From Lentisphaeria bacterium (GTDB lineage: Bacteria > Verrucomicrobiota > Lentisphaeria > JABSQK01 > JAWLHB01), in NCBI GenBank assembly GCA_041690595.1, contig JAWLHB010000003.1, positions 186,001-250,000 on the forward strand: a stretch of DNA of 64,000 nucleotides. The letters run 5' to 3'. A program made the translations under genes and the position numbers. Position 1 is the stretch's first letter. Every line of letters begins with the position of its first letter. This document shows, piece by piece, positions 47,997 to 58,564 of the stretch. The notes beneath the pieces are model-generated. The model was not told the DNA's origin, did not search any database, and saw only the letters and a program-made list of their open reading frames with translations.

Positions 47997-48698
47997 CTAT
48001 GCAGAGAGTAAGTCCAGCCAGCGATTGAAGACCACCGCGCCTATCTCATGCAGGTTGCCAATGCACTCCGCGCATCCGCGTCGAACTGCCGCGGGATTGA
48101 TGTGCAACGGCGCGATGTCGGGACCAAAGCTATCCAGCATCTTTTCAACCGTAGCATCAAGAACCTCCAGATGAAAAAGCAGGCCATAGGCACGCTGGTT
48201 CACGGCGAATGCCTGGCAGGGTGAGTAGGTAGAATGCGCGAGATTGACTGCCCCCGGCGGTGCCTCAAAGGTGTCGGCATGCCAGTGAAAGGCCATGAAT
48301 GGACTGGCAAGATCGTTGAAGAGTCGGTCATGAGCAGCACTTGCATTCAGTTCGACAGGTTGCCAGCCAATTTCCGGCTGGGGCCCTCTGACAACCTCTT
48401 CGCCGAGGGCGGTCGCGAGAAGCTGGCTGCCGAGACAGATGCCGAGGATGGGCTGGTCGGCATCAAGAGTAGTCTCGATAAGACGCAGTTCATCCTGAAT
48501 CCATGGATACTCCTCGACATCCAGAACGGACATGGGGCCCCCCATGATGACGAGGCCATCGTCAGCGGCCAGCGTCTGCGGCACCTCATCGCCCATATCG
48601 AGGCGGACGATTCGCATGTCGATCCCCCGTTCCACGAGGAGTTCTTCGAGCAATCCGGGGGATTCGCACGCGACATGCTGTAAAATAGTGACCGGCAT
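47997..48698 (-). CDS. Class I glutamine amidotransferase domain protein
   Basis: ILQHVACESPG, MGGPMSV, GICLGSQ, FHWH, FHLE. Confidence 0.88.
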   Translation of the reverse strand: MPVTILQHVACESPGLLEELLVERGIDMRIVRLDMGDEVPQTLAADDGLVIMGGPMSVLDVEEYPWIQDELRLIETTLDADQPILGICLGSQLLATALGEEVVRGPQPEIGWQPVELNASAAHDRLFNDLASPFMAFHWHADTFEAPPGAVNLAHSTYSPCQAFAVNQRAYGLLFHLEVLDATVEKMLDSFGPDIAPLHINPAAVRRGCAECIGNLHEIGAVVFNRWLDLLSA

Positions 48699-48827
48699 GA
48701 TGAAGGCTCCTAAGGCCGCAGCCTTGTTCTGTTTGGCAGATTTTCCGCGAATCGGAGAAAAGGTCTTGCAGTAAGGTAGATTTTTTCGTGCCATGGTGCA
48801 AGATGAAAGGAGCAACAGGGAGAGCTC

Positions 48828-51266
48828 ATGAAAGTGGTACTGGCGGAGAAGCCATCCGTGGCGCGCGATATCGCGGCGTACCTGGGGGCAGACAAGAAGC
48901 GCGACGGCTGGCTCGAGGGTAACGGCTATCAGGTCACGTGGGCATATGGCCATCTGGTGACCTTGAAGACGCCGGACCAGTACGATGCGAGCTACAAGAG
49001 CTGGTCCGTGGAGGTCTTGCCGATCATCCCGGAGCAGTTCGAGCTGACGCTGGTCAAGGAGCAGCATGCACGGCGTCAGTTCCCGATCGTCAAACGGCTC
49101 TTCCTTGGTGCCACCGAACTGATCTGCGCGACGGACGCTGGACGGGAAGGCGAGTTGATCTTCCGGTACATACTGGAATGCACCGGCTGCCGCTGCCGAA
49201 AGATCTCGCGTCTGTGGCTGCAGTCGCTGACGCCCCAGGCCATACGAGCTGCTTTTGACAATCTTCGGCCGGCAAGCCACTACGACAGTCTCTTCCAAGC
49301 AGCGCGCTGCCGGAGCGAAGCAGACTGGATTGTCGGCATCAATGCCACGCGCAATTATACTGCCCGTTTCCGCGACAGTGGAGTCTTGTGGAGCGTTGGC
49401 CGCGTGCAGACGCCCGTGCTGGCGATGATTGTCGATCGAGACGACGAGATCCGTACCTTCAAGCCAACCCCCTTCTGGGAACTGATCACCCGCTACCGGG
49501 GCGTCAACTTCCGCTGTCAGTTGGAGCGGTGCACGACGGAGAGTGCCGCGCAAGCGCTCCTGCAGAGAATCCTTGGGGAACCGCTCGCCATCACCGGAGT
49601 CGAGCAACGGCCCCTGATTGAGAAGCCCCCGTACCTGTATGATTTGACGGGGCTGCAGCGCGACATGAACCGCCGGTATGGGCTATCGGCCGCGGACACG
49701 CTGAGTGCGGCACAATCCTTGTACGAGAAGAAAGCCATCACCTATCCCCGCACGGACAGCGCCTTTCTGAGCAGCGACATGCGGGAAAAAGTGCCGGGCA
49801 TTCTGCGGGAGCTGCAGGCGTCGCGACCAGAGGATATCGCTCGTCTGGACCTGACCGCCCTCCCCTTCACGGGACGCATCATCAACGACAGCAAAATCAC
49901 GGATCACCACGCGATCATTCCGACGGGCAAGAGCATCACCTGCAGCGGCATGGAAGGCAAGGTCTATGAGGCGCTCGTCACCCGGCTGATTGCAGCCTTC
50001 TACCCGCCTTGCCGCAAGCAGCAGACAACGGTGAACGCCATCAGCAACGAGATCCCCTTTCGTGCCCGGGGAGTGCGGGTAGTGGATCCGGGCTGGACCA
50101 TTCTCTATCCCGCTCCGGCGAAGAAACGCCAGCGGGAGGGGGACGAGGAGGAGAGTGACACACAGGAGTTGCCGGCTTTCAGCCGGGGCGAGAGCGGACC
50201 GCATGAACCAACGGTTCGACAGGGGGAGACGCAACCCCCTCATGCCTTCACGGAAAACTCCCTGCTCGCCCTGATGGAGACCGCCGGGCGACTGGTGGAT
50301 GACGACCAGCTCAAGGAGGCGCTGAAGGAGAAAGGTATCGGCACGCCGGCCACCCGCGCCGCGATCATCGAGACGCTTTTGACGCGCGGCTATATCGATC
50401 GGCAGGGAAAGGCGATGCGAGCGACAGACCTGGGTCGTTACCTGATCGCCATCGTGCAGGATGCAGCGCTCAAATCGCCGGAACTGACCGGAGAATGGGA
50501 GAGCCGCCTCAACCAGATCCAGCAGAAGCACCTCGCGTCGGAGCGCTTCATGGCGGATATCGTGGAGTATGCGCGGGAGCTGATCAGGGGAAGCAGTGAG
50601 ACGCCTGCCGTCACCGATTCGCTTGGCAGGTGCCCGCGTTGCGGCAAGGACGTAATCAAAGGGCGCACGGGGTATGGGTGTTCGGGATGGCGGGATGGCT
50701 GCGGTTTCGTGGTCTGGCCAACTTATGAGGGCATGGCGCTGAGCGACCTGCAGCTGCGTACCCTTCTGCAACAGCACGTGCTACGCGAGCCGGTCAGGTT
50801 ACCGAGCGGAGACGACGTCCTGCTCTACATGGCCAGGCACGGCTGTATCGTGCATGTGCCGCTGCCGGCTCGCAACAACGCACGTCGCGGCAAGGGGGGC
50901 AGAAAGGCAAGCGCCAGCAAGGACGTGAAATCGGCCGGTAAGGCTGGCCGTCGCACTTCCGGGAAAACGACTGCACCAGCCGGGGAGAGCCTGGGCGCCT
51001 GTCCGCTCTGTGGCAAAGAGGTGATCGACCAGAAGAAATCGTACTCGTGCTCGGGATGGCGCGAAGGCTGCGGCTTCACGATCTGGAAATCGATCGCCGG
51101 CAAGAAGATTGCCGCCAGTACCGCCAGGAGTTTGCTGACCAAGGGGATTACGAGCGAGCTGAAGGGATTCAAGAGCCGCCAGGGACAGCCATTCTCGGCA
51201 CGCCTGCACGTGGTGGACGGGAAGGTGGAAATGCGTTTTCCGGACCGGCAGGAGCCAAAAAGCTGA
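48828..51266 (+). CDS. topB: DNA topoisomerase III with C-terminal Zn-ribbon repeats
   Basis: AEKPSVARDIA, ATDAGREGE, SVGRVQTP, TYPRTDS, GIGTPATRA, two LGxCPxCGK repeats. Confidence 0.95.
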   Translation: MKVVLAEKPSVARDIAAYLGADKKRDGWLEGNGYQVTWAYGHLVTLKTPDQYDASYKSWSVEVLPIIPEQFELTLVKEQHARRQFPIVKRLFLGATELICATDAGREGELIFRYILECTGCRCRKISRLWLQSLTPQAIRAAFDNLRPASHYDSLFQAARCRSEADWIVGINATRNYTARFRDSGVLWSVGRVQTPVLAMIVDRDDEIRTFKPTPFWELITRYRGVNFRCQLERCTTESAAQALLQRILGEPLAITGVEQRPLIEKPPYLYDLTGLQRDMNRRYGLSAADTLSAAQSLYEKKAITYPRTDSAFLSSDMREKVPGILRELQASRPEDIARLDLTALPFTGRIINDSKITDHHAIIPTGKSITCSGMEGKVYEALVTRLIAAFYPPCRKQQTTVNAISNEIPFRARGVRVVDPGWTILYPAPAKKRQREGDEEESDTQELPAFSRGESGPHEPTVRQGETQPPHAFTENSLLALMETAGRLVDDDQLKEALKEKGIGTPATRAAIIETLLTRGYIDRQGKAMRATDLGRYLIAIVQDAALKSPELTGEWESRLNQIQQKHLASERFMADIVEYARELIRGSSETPAVTDSLGRCPRCGKDVIKGRTGYGCSGWRDGCGFVVWPTYEGMALSDLQLRTLLQQHVLREPVRLPSGDDVLLYMARHGCIVHVPLPARNNARRGKGGRKASASKDVKSAGKAGRRTSGKTTAPAGESLGACPLCGKEVIDQKKSYSCSGWREGCGFTIWKSIAGKKIAASTARSLLTKGITSELKGFKSRQGQPFSARLHVVDGKVEMRFPDRQEPKS

Positions 51267-51283
51267 TCGCGCTGCCGAGCCTA

Positions 51284-52711
51284 TCAGGCGCCACCGCCGC
51301 CGAAAACCACATACCAGGCGACGGCAGCGGCGGCGCTGGCAGCGATCACGGCAATGATCAACCAGAGAATCAATTTGCGCATGAGCCTCTTGCTGATCTT
51401 CAAGGAAATCTTCTTTGCCTTTGACTTTGCCTTTGCCTTCTTCTTTCCCTTTGCCTTTTCGTCAGCCTTCGCCACGGGTATGGCTTCCTTGACGTCGGCA
51501 TCAACAGCCTCTGCCGCGGGCACGGGAGCATCTCGCCGCAGTGATGGTTTTTTCCTGGCCGCGGCTACGGCTTGAGGCTGCTTCTGGAGATTGTCGGTAC
51601 TGCCGATCGTCTGGGGGCGTGCAGTCGGGCGGACGCGCTTGTCGGAAGCGGTTTGAGCTTTGGGGGATGGCGCAGGCGCAGCCGAGGGGGGCGCTGGAGC
51701 CGGTCGGGCCTTGGGAGCCGGTTTGCTGACCTTGGCACGCTGAGGCGGCGCAGGAAGTGGAGGCGCGATAAGGAACTCGGCACTGCATTCTGGACATTCA
51801 GCTACCGCGCCCACGAATTCCGGCGTGATTTCGAAGGATTGGGAACAGCCGGGGCAGGTGACGACATCGTCGACCGGATGCACTTCCGGGAGCTGCGCGA
51901 CCCTTTCCGGCGGGGGGGGCGGCGCCAGTTCCTGCCGCTTCTGCTCTGCTTTGCTCATATTCCGGGAGAGCCGCACGGTGGCGGTCGCATGATACTGCTT
52001 CGGGGCAAGCTCATCCCGCGACACTTCAATGCCGCTGGTTGTGACAGCGGGAGGTGGCGCGGCAGGTCCGGCGCGACGGGCTCCCGGGCGATTCGAATCA
52101 TCCAGCGGGCCGGGCCGCCGGATTCCGCCCTCCACGGTGGCGCGAAGGAACTTGTCGGTCCCCTCGGTGGAGCGAACGCGAATCGAGCGGAAGCTGTCGC
52201 TCTGGCTGGTATCGGAAGCAGGACGCTTGATGAGGAACTCGCTGTTGCAGTCAGGGCATTGCCCAACGGCGCCATAGAACTCCTTCACGACCTCGAAACT
52301 GGCCTGGCAGTTTGGGCAACTGACGCTGCCCTCTTCGACCTCGACCTCGGGAATGCGCTCGACATCCTTGACGACGGATTGTGGCAGATCGTTCTTGAGC
52401 TGCTCCATGACAGCCTTGTCGCGGGTCAGACGCACGGTCGACATGGGGGCGAACTGATCTTCGTCAACCTCCTCGATCTGGATACCGCTGGCGGTGAGTC
52501 GCTCCTCGACGCGTGTAGGGGGCGGCTCCTTATCGATGACGGGCCTGGCCAGGCGGGCACTACCAAACTTATCCTGCGGCGGCTGGATCTTGAACTGGCA
52601 CTGACACTGTGTGCATTCAACTTCCGCCCCGTAGAATTCGGGAGTAATCTCGAAGCCAACTCCACATTCCGGGCAGTTGACACTCTTTTCGCTGGCGATC
52701 GCTAGTTTCAC
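51284..52711 (-). CDS. Tail-anchored protein with three Zn-ribbon repeats
   Basis: Three CPxC-x(16)-CxxC units, Pro/Ala/Lys-rich linkers, C-terminal TM. Confidence 0.78.
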   Translation of the reverse strand: MKLAIASEKSVNCPECGVGFEITPEFYGAEVECTQCQCQFKIQPPQDKFGSARLARPVIDKEPPPTRVEERLTASGIQIEEVDEDQFAPMSTVRLTRDKAVMEQLKNDLPQSVVKDVERIPEVEVEEGSVSCPNCQASFEVVKEFYGAVGQCPDCNSEFLIKRPASDTSQSDSFRSIRVRSTEGTDKFLRATVEGGIRRPGPLDDSNRPGARRAGPAAPPPAVTTSGIEVSRDELAPKQYHATATVRLSRNMSKAEQKRQELAPPPPPERVAQLPEVHPVDDVVTCPGCSQSFEITPEFVGAVAECPECSAEFLIAPPLPAPPQRAKVSKPAPKARPAPAPPSAAPAPSPKAQTASDKRVRPTARPQTIGSTDNLQKQPQAVAAARKKPSLRRDAPVPAAEAVDADVKEAIPVAKADEKAKGKKKAKAKSKAKKISLKISKRLMRKLILWLIIAVIAASAAAAVAWYVVFGGGGA

Positions 52712-52826
52712 CCTTCTTCCTCTCGTAGCCGCTCCTCACGCGGCGTGCGGGTGCCGCGTCGGGAAGCAAATCCCACAATAGCGGCACTTCCGCACGATGC
52801 AAGTGAGGTGTATGCAGACTGTCAGC

Positions 52827-54125
52827 TCATACAGCCTTGCAACACGCTTGGTAGATATTGCTGAAGAGATCATCGAGAAGATCAAAGGGAGTAGCCGAGA
52901 AGGCGATACGAATCACGCCCGAGACAGCGATGACGCCCGTAGAGAACTCACTGAGCAGGATCTGTCTCACCTTTTCCGGATCGGCCTGCTTCAGCTTCAC
53001 GCACATGAAGTAGCCGGAGTTGAAGGGAAGCGCGGTAAAGGCTTCCGCATACTCACTGTGCTGCGCGAGGATCTCACTCACCTTGAGGCAGCGCCGTTTC
53101 AGCGTCTCGAACTTCTGCTGCTTCTGGGAAGCATAGGACGAATCGCTGTAGGCAACCGCCATGAGGGACTGAGAGAGCAGCGAGCTGTTGGAGATGTTGC
53201 CGCGAACGGCCCCGCCAGTCTTGGCTTCGAGCGCCGCGTAGAGCTTGTCGCTGCCACCCTTTATGCCATAGGTGATGAAACCGACGCGGAAGCCCCAGAC
53301 ATAGTCTTCCTTGGTGGCCCCGTCGATCTTGACGGCGAGCAGCCGCTCATGCGCAGCCGCCAGCAAGGAGAACATCGATTCGCGATATATACCCTCCTCA
53401 TAAACAAGCCCAAAGTAGGCATCGTCGATGAGAACGATCACGTCGTTGCCGGCATCGGCAGCCTCGACCAGAACGTCGCGCAAGGCATGTGCCTCGCTGT
53501 CCGTCACGGTATAACCGGTTGGGTTGTTGGGGAAGTTGAGGAGGACGATCTTCTTGCCTGGCTTGCCGCTCATGAGGGCATCGCGCAGGGCATCGACATC
53601 GTAGCCGCCGGCCTTGAAGGTATTGCAGCTCTTCAACTCGATGCCATAGGCATTGGTGAAGATCAGGCGGTAGTTGCCCCAGAACATGTCGGGGACGAAC
53701 AGGGTGTCACCTTCATCGCCGAAGAGATAACCGCAGATGCTGAGCGCGTGGGTGAGAGCATTGGTCACGACGGGGCGGCTGATGGGCGCGTCCCCAAGGG
53801 AGGGATTCTTGGTGCGGATCATGCTCTTCCACAGATCGCGCAGCTTTGGCACGCCGGGGCTCGGGGCATAGGGAAAGACGTCGGCGGGATCGAGCTTGAT
53901 GCGTTCTTCAATGCAGCCGAGGCGCAGGGGAGAGCCATCGTCTTCGAGGGCGATGCCGATGGTAGCATTGATGCGCTTGCCCTTGGCATCCGCGGATTGC
54001 CCCAGAATCCCCTTGCTGGGCCAGAAGATCGACTTGCCGCGCTGCGAAAGCATGGCAGTGACGTGGTTGTTGAGGGCTTCGATCGTTTGGTTCAATTCAA
54101 CGGCTTGTGGATTGATGGCAGCCAT
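52827..54125 (-). CDS. Class I/II PLP aminotransferase
   Basis: INATIG, NFPNNPTG, DDAYFG, KIDGATKEDYVWGFRVG. Confidence 0.9.
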   Translation of the reverse strand: MAAINPQAVELNQTIEALNNHVTAMLSQRGKSIFWPSKGILGQSADAKGKRINATIGIALEDDGSPLRLGCIEERIKLDPADVFPYAPSPGVPKLRDLWKSMIRTKNPSLGDAPISRPVVTNALTHALSICGYLFGDEGDTLFVPDMFWGNYRLIFTNAYGIELKSCNTFKAGGYDVDALRDALMSGKPGKKIVLLNFPNNPTGYTVTDSEAHALRDVLVEAADAGNDVIVLIDDAYFGLVYEEGIYRESMFSLLAAAHERLLAVKIDGATKEDYVWGFRVGFITYGIKGGSDKLYAALEAKTGGAVRGNISNSSLLSQSLMAVAYSDSSYASQKQQKFETLKRRCLKVSEILAQHSEYAEAFTALPFNSGYFMCVKLKQADPEKVRQILLSEFSTGVIAVSGVIRIAFSATPFDLLDDLFSNIYQACCKAV

Positions 54126-54317
54126 CCTGACTCCTCCCTGCTGGTTACCTGGTGATTGCGGTTTCCAGAGTAAAATCGCAGAACTTCGTTAGCTTGCAAG
54201 TGCGAAAGCGCGGTTAATTGCAGAAAGAGTCGAGAAAGCTCTTCGCTTGCATTGCAACGCCGAGTCGGCCCCTTACATTTGCATAGCCGCACAACAAGCA
54301 GGAGGTGCCGTTCAACC

Positions 54318-56336
54318 ATGATCGATCTGCAGAGTCTGAATCCTCAACAGCGCGAAGCTGCCCAGACCCTTCACGGCCCATTGCTGGTGCTGGCGGGGGC
54401 CGGCACGGGAAAAACAATGGTGATTACCTGCCGCATTGCGTGCCTGCTCCAAGCCGGCATCAAGGCGCAGAACATCCTGGCCGTAACCTTTACCAACAAA
54501 GCCGCGAGAGAGATGCGAGAGCGGGCGGCCCGCATGATGCCTCACCTGGGCAAGAACGAACTGACGGTCAGCACCTTTCACTCCTTCTGCTGCCGGGTGC
54601 TGCGCAAGGATATCGGCCTCCTCGAATATGATCGGCGCTTCGGCATCGCCGACGATGGCGATCAGGATGGCGTCATCAAACAGGTGATTGGCGATCTTGG
54701 CATTCGCAACAACGAGGAAAACAGCGCCCAGGCTTTCCGCATCGGCATCAGCAACGCCAAGAATCTCATGATGAACCCGCAGGAGACGCGGGCCAGCAGC
54801 CGCAATCCATGGTATCACCTTCTCGGAGACGTCTACAGCGCCTATCAGCGCCACCTCAAGGATATGAACCTCGTCGACTTCGACGACCTGTTGCTGCTGA
54901 CGGTGCAGCTCTGGCGTGAGCATCCCAAGGTCCTGGCAGAGTACCAGGAACGCTTCAAGTACATCCTGGTCGATGAATTCCAAGACACCAATCAGGTCCA
55001 GGCGGAGATCGTGCGGCTGATCGCGGGCAAGGAGCGCAACCTCTGCGTAGTTGGCGACGACGATCAATCCATCTATGGCTGGCGCGGCGCGGATGTTTCG
55101 AATATCCTTGGCTTTCCCAAAGCCTATGCCGGCGCCAAGGTGGTCAAGCTGGAGCAGAATTACCGCTCCAACAACGTGATCCTCAAGGTGGCGAACCGGA
55201 TCATCGCCAACAATGCCGACCGGCACCTGAAGGAGCTGTGGAGCGCCAAACCCGAAGGCGAATGCATTCGTCTCATCGCCTGCGATACCGAAACCGACGA
55301 GGGGCGGCTGGTCGGCCGCATGCTCCAGGAGCAGAACGTGGACCAGCGCGTGCCGTACAGCGACATGGCGGTGCTCTACCGCTCCAAGTACCAGTCTCGC
55401 GTGCTGGAGCAGGAGCTGCGCAAGCTGGGAGTCCCCTATCGCATTGTCGGCTCGAAGTCCTTCTACGAGCAGCGAGAGATCAAGGATGCGGTAGCGTATC
55501 TGCGCATCGCGCACAACGAGCGGGACGACCTGAGCCTGCTGCGCATCCTGAACGTGCCGCCGCGGGGCATCGGCTCCAAGTCTATCGACGCGCTCAAGCA
55601 GCAGAAGAACGAGTTGAACATGCCGATGTTGGCGGCGTTACGCAAGCAAAACGGGGCCGAGATCAGCGCCACCGCCGCCAGCGGCGTGCGCGACTTCGTC
55701 TATGCGTGCGACAAGGCGCGCCGCGCCTTTGTGGAAGCGGGTGATCTTGCCCGGAAGATGGAGCAGTATTTCAGGGATACCGGTTATCTGGACGGCCTGA
55801 AGAAGATCTACAAGAATCATGAAGAGGCACTGCAGCGGCTGGAGAACATCCACGAGTTGATCAATGCGGCCGCCGAAGCAGAGGAGCGCCGGGGCGTCGG
55901 CATGACGCTTCAGGATTTCCTCGAGGAGTATTCCCTCACCGATGACAATGATCGGGTCGATGAGCATGCCGAAGAAGGCTACGGCGCCACCCTCATGACG
56001 GTGCACGCCGCCAAAGGGCTGGAATTCCCGATTGTCATCATTGCAGGCATGGAAGACAAGCTCTTCCCGCACGAACGCTCCATCCAGGAGCACAATCTCG
56101 ACGAAGAACGACGCCTCTTTTATGTGGCGGTGACGAGGGCCAAGGAGCGTTGCTTCCTGACCCGAGCGAAGGTGCGAACCCGGTTCAACGGGAAGCTGGC
56201 GCAACGCCCATCCCGCTTTCTCGATGAGATTCCAGAGGAGCTGCTTGTCAGTGAAAGCGCGGCCGAAGCCCTTCGTCCCGCGAATGCCGATGAGACGCAG
56301 AGCTTCTTCGAGATGATGAAAGACCGTTACGCCTGA
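54318..56336 (+). CDS. UvrD/Rep/PcrA SF1 DNA helicase
   Basis: AGAGTGKT, TFTNKAA, VDEFQD, VGDDDQSIY, LEQNYRS, HAAKGLEF, EERRLFYVAVTRA; AGGAGG RBS. Confidence 0.95.
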   Translation: MIDLQSLNPQQREAAQTLHGPLLVLAGAGTGKTMVITCRIACLLQAGIKAQNILAVTFTNKAAREMRERAARMMPHLGKNELTVSTFHSFCCRVLRKDIGLLEYDRRFGIADDGDQDGVIKQVIGDLGIRNNEENSAQAFRIGISNAKNLMMNPQETRASSRNPWYHLLGDVYSAYQRHLKDMNLVDFDDLLLLTVQLWREHPKVLAEYQERFKYILVDEFQDTNQVQAEIVRLIAGKERNLCVVGDDDQSIYGWRGADVSNILGFPKAYAGAKVVKLEQNYRSNNVILKVANRIIANNADRHLKELWSAKPEGECIRLIACDTETDEGRLVGRMLQEQNVDQRVPYSDMAVLYRSKYQSRVLEQELRKLGVPYRIVGSKSFYEQREIKDAVAYLRIAHNERDDLSLLRILNVPPRGIGSKSIDALKQQKNELNMPMLAALRKQNGAEISATAASGVRDFVYACDKARRAFVEAGDLARKMEQYFRDTGYLDGLKKIYKNHEEALQRLENIHELINAAAEAEERRGVGMTLQDFLEEYSLTDDNDRVDEHAEEGYGATLMTVHAAKGLEFPIVIIAGMEDKLFPHERSIQEHNLDEERRLFYVAVTRAKERCFLTRAKVRTRFNGKLAQRPSRFLDEIPEELLVSESAAEALRPANADETQSFFEMMKDRYA

Positions 56337-57259
56337 GTTCCCCTGCACTCACCCACCAGATGAAGGCAACGATCGAGAACCCGCGGAAAGGGCCATTCGG
56401 CATCGATGGGAACCATGACGGCGCCGGGATGCTGATGACGAAACCAGGTGCGCTGGCGGCGCGCGTATTGCCGGGTGCGTATGATAAGCTGTTCCGTCAG
56501 CGCCTCGAGGTCGCGCCGTCCGGCCGCGATCCACTCGGCGATCTGAGCGTAGCCCAGAGCTTGAATCGCCGTAGGCGATTCAAGCAGGCCATTCGCCACC
56601 AGCCGCTCTGTCTCGTCAATCCAGCCATCGGCCAGCATACGGCGGGTACGGCGGGCGATATGCTCTCGTGCCAGAGCTGGCTCCTGGACGAGGACGAGCT
56701 GGGGACCGGCAAAATCCGGGGGATTGGCCTCTACCTGGTCGGGAACCGGTTTCCCCGTTAGCCGGACGATCTCGACAGCTCGCTGCAAGCGCCTCGGGTT
56801 GTCGCCGGCACGTTCCAGCGCCGCGGGATCGATGGCGCGCAGCTCCTCTCGCAACGCCTCCTCACCAAGCTCGTCGAAATCGCGGAGGACGTCGGCGGCG
56901 ATGGTCGGATCGCTGGGCGGCAGCGGCAAGCCATACAGCAGGACCTTGGCGTAGTAACCTGTCCCGCCGCAGAGAATGGGCTGCCGTCCTCGCGCCAGGA
57001 TATCGCGGATCGCGCGCTGGGCGCGAACCGTGAAGGCCTGCACATCGTAAGGTTCCGCAATATCGAGCGCGTTCACCAGATGATGCGGCACCCGCGCCAG
57101 TTCATCCGGTGCAGGTGTGGCGGTGCCGATATCCATGCCGCGATAGACCTGCATGGAATCGCAGGAGATAATCTCCCCGTCGAGCCGCTCGGCCATGGCC
57201 AGGGCCACAGCGCTCTTGCCGCTGGCAGTCGGTCCGAGAATGCTGATCAACCGTTTCAC
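56327..57259 (-). CDS. miaA: tRNA dimethylallyltransferase
   Basis: GPTASGKS, DSMQVYRGMDIGTA, GGTGYY, TRQYARRQRTWF. Confidence 0.96.
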   Translation of the reverse strand: MKRLISILGPTASGKSAVALAMAERLDGEIISCDSMQVYRGMDIGTATPAPDELARVPHHLVNALDIAEPYDVQAFTVRAQRAIRDILARGRQPILCGGTGYYAKVLLYGLPLPPSDPTIAADVLRDFDELGEEALREELRAIDPAALERAGDNPRRLQRAVEIVRLTGKPVPDQVEANPPDFAGPQLVLVQEPALAREHIARRTRRMLADGWIDETERLVANGLLESPTAIQALGYAQIAEWIAAGRRDLEALTEQLIIRTRQYARRQRTWFRHQHPGAVMVPIDAEWPFPRVLDRCLHLVGECRGTQA

Positions 57260-57804
57260 GGGTTGGGGGCGCTCTCCGTCTGCGCTTCCAGTCGCGGCTC
57301 ATGCTCCGGCCGCAGAAAGGAGGAAAGCAGGTAGATGCCGACACCGATACAGATGGCGGAGTCGGCAATATTGAAGGCCGGCCAGTCGTAGGTGATCAGC
57401 CGAAAACTGAGGAAATCGACCACGCCGCCGTAGAAGAGGCGATCAATCAGATTTCCCACAATCCCACCAAGGATCAGGCTTATCGCCACGCAGCGCTCCG
57501 TCCAGTCAGCCGTCATGCGCCCATAGAAGAAGGCCACGATGACGAAGACGACAGCGGAGATCAGGGCGAGCATCTCCGTATGGTCAGCAAAGATGCCCCA
57601 GGCAGCGCCAGGATTCTTCACGTAGACCAGATCGAAGAAGCCGTGTATGACGGAGATGGGCAGCCGATGCTCATGCGCCATCGTCAGATGCTTGGTAGCC
57701 TGGTCGAGGGCGACGATGAGCACGGCGGTAAGCAATGGGAACTGCCACACGCGCCGCCATGCCATCGGTGCTGAGCCGCGCGCGGGTTGTGTAGCAGATT
57801 CCAT
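57256..57804 (-). CDS. lspA: Signal peptidase II
   Basis: LDQATK, NPGAAWG, GNLIDRL, VVDFL, FNIADSAI; start uncertain. Confidence 0.95.
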   Translation of the reverse strand: MESATQPARGSAPMAWRRVWQFPLLTAVLIVALDQATKHLTMAHEHRLPISVIHGFFDLVYVKNPGAAWGIFADHTEMLALISAVVFVIVAFFYGRMTADWTERCVAISLILGGIVGNLIDRLFYGGVVDFLSFRLITYDWPAFNIADSAICIGVGIYLLSSFLRPEHEPRLEAQTESAPNP

Positions 57805-57817
57805 TAGCTGATGGACC

Positions 57818-58228
57818 TCAACCCCGTTCCGCTTGCTCGCGCGCCGATTTACACTTGACGCAGAGACGAGCGTATGGAAGGGCTTCCAGTCGTCCGTCAC
57901 TGATCATCTTATTGCAGTCGATGCACTTGCCGTACGTGTCATTCTGGAGGCGCCGAATGGCATCGTCAATGAGGCGGATCTTGCGCCCTTCTTCGCTCAG
58001 TAGACTCAGTTCCATGTCGCGGAGGAAGTTGTCGCTGCCGATGTCGGCCAGCTCTTCACCCGCCTGCTTGTTGGAAGTGAGTGAGTTGTCCGACAGCACG
58101 CGAAGCTCGTCGAGAATCTGCTCACGCAGCTCAACCAGTCTGTCGTACTGTACCCGCTTTTCGCCCTCGAACGCAAGATCGTGAATATCGGCATTGCCGT
58201 TCACTGCAGAGGATTTGCTGTCCTGCAT
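57818..58228 (-). CDS. TraR/DksA C4 zinc-finger protein
   Basis: ADIGSD coiled-coil tip, YGKCIDC...RLEALPYARLCVKC. Confidence 0.9.
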   Translation of the reverse strand: MQDSKSSAVNGNADIHDLAFEGEKRVQYDRLVELREQILDELRVLSDNSLTSNKQAGEELADIGSDNFLRDMELSLLSEEGRKIRLIDDAIRRLQNDTYGKCIDCNKMISDGRLEALPYARLCVKCKSAREQAERG

Positions 58229-58304
58229 AATGATCAATGTCTCCGTGTAAACCAGCATGTGAATGCAATTGAGAACGCACCTTTTTCCGCCCGAGAAGGG
58301 TTAT

Positions 58305-58332
58305 ACTATATTCACAAATGCAATTTTTGCAA
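58305..58332 (-). promoter_or_regulatory. Putative sigma70 promoter of dksA-lspA-miaA
   Basis: TTGCAA-16 nt-TATAGT in an AT-rich intergenic stretch. Confidence 0.4.
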
Positions 58333-58564
58333 CGCCTGGTCCAAAGCCTTACCTAAGTCGTTGCCCTGCAGCTAGTTACAACGCCACCATGAATCCGCGA
58401 AAACCTTTACCCCAGCGGATAGCAAAGTGGGCCAGACCTTCCTGCCTGCCTGATCGCAAGGAGGGGTAGACATTCCTCTCTGCCCCTCCCCCATCTAAAC
58501 CTTCATACTCTTCATGGTGCACATTTCGCCCGCGGCGTCCCGGCGTCTCCGTGTCACCGCGACC

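Noticed and set aside
47997..49607. 536-aa version of the glutamine amidotransferase ORF
   Set aside because: Its N-terminal 303 codons are mostly antisense to topB; the recognisable domain starts at 48698
57256..57804. lspA as a dedicated partner of the ABC-secretin fusion
   Set aside because: It is 23 kb away in an ordinary dksA-lspA-miaA context; no evidence of specific linkage
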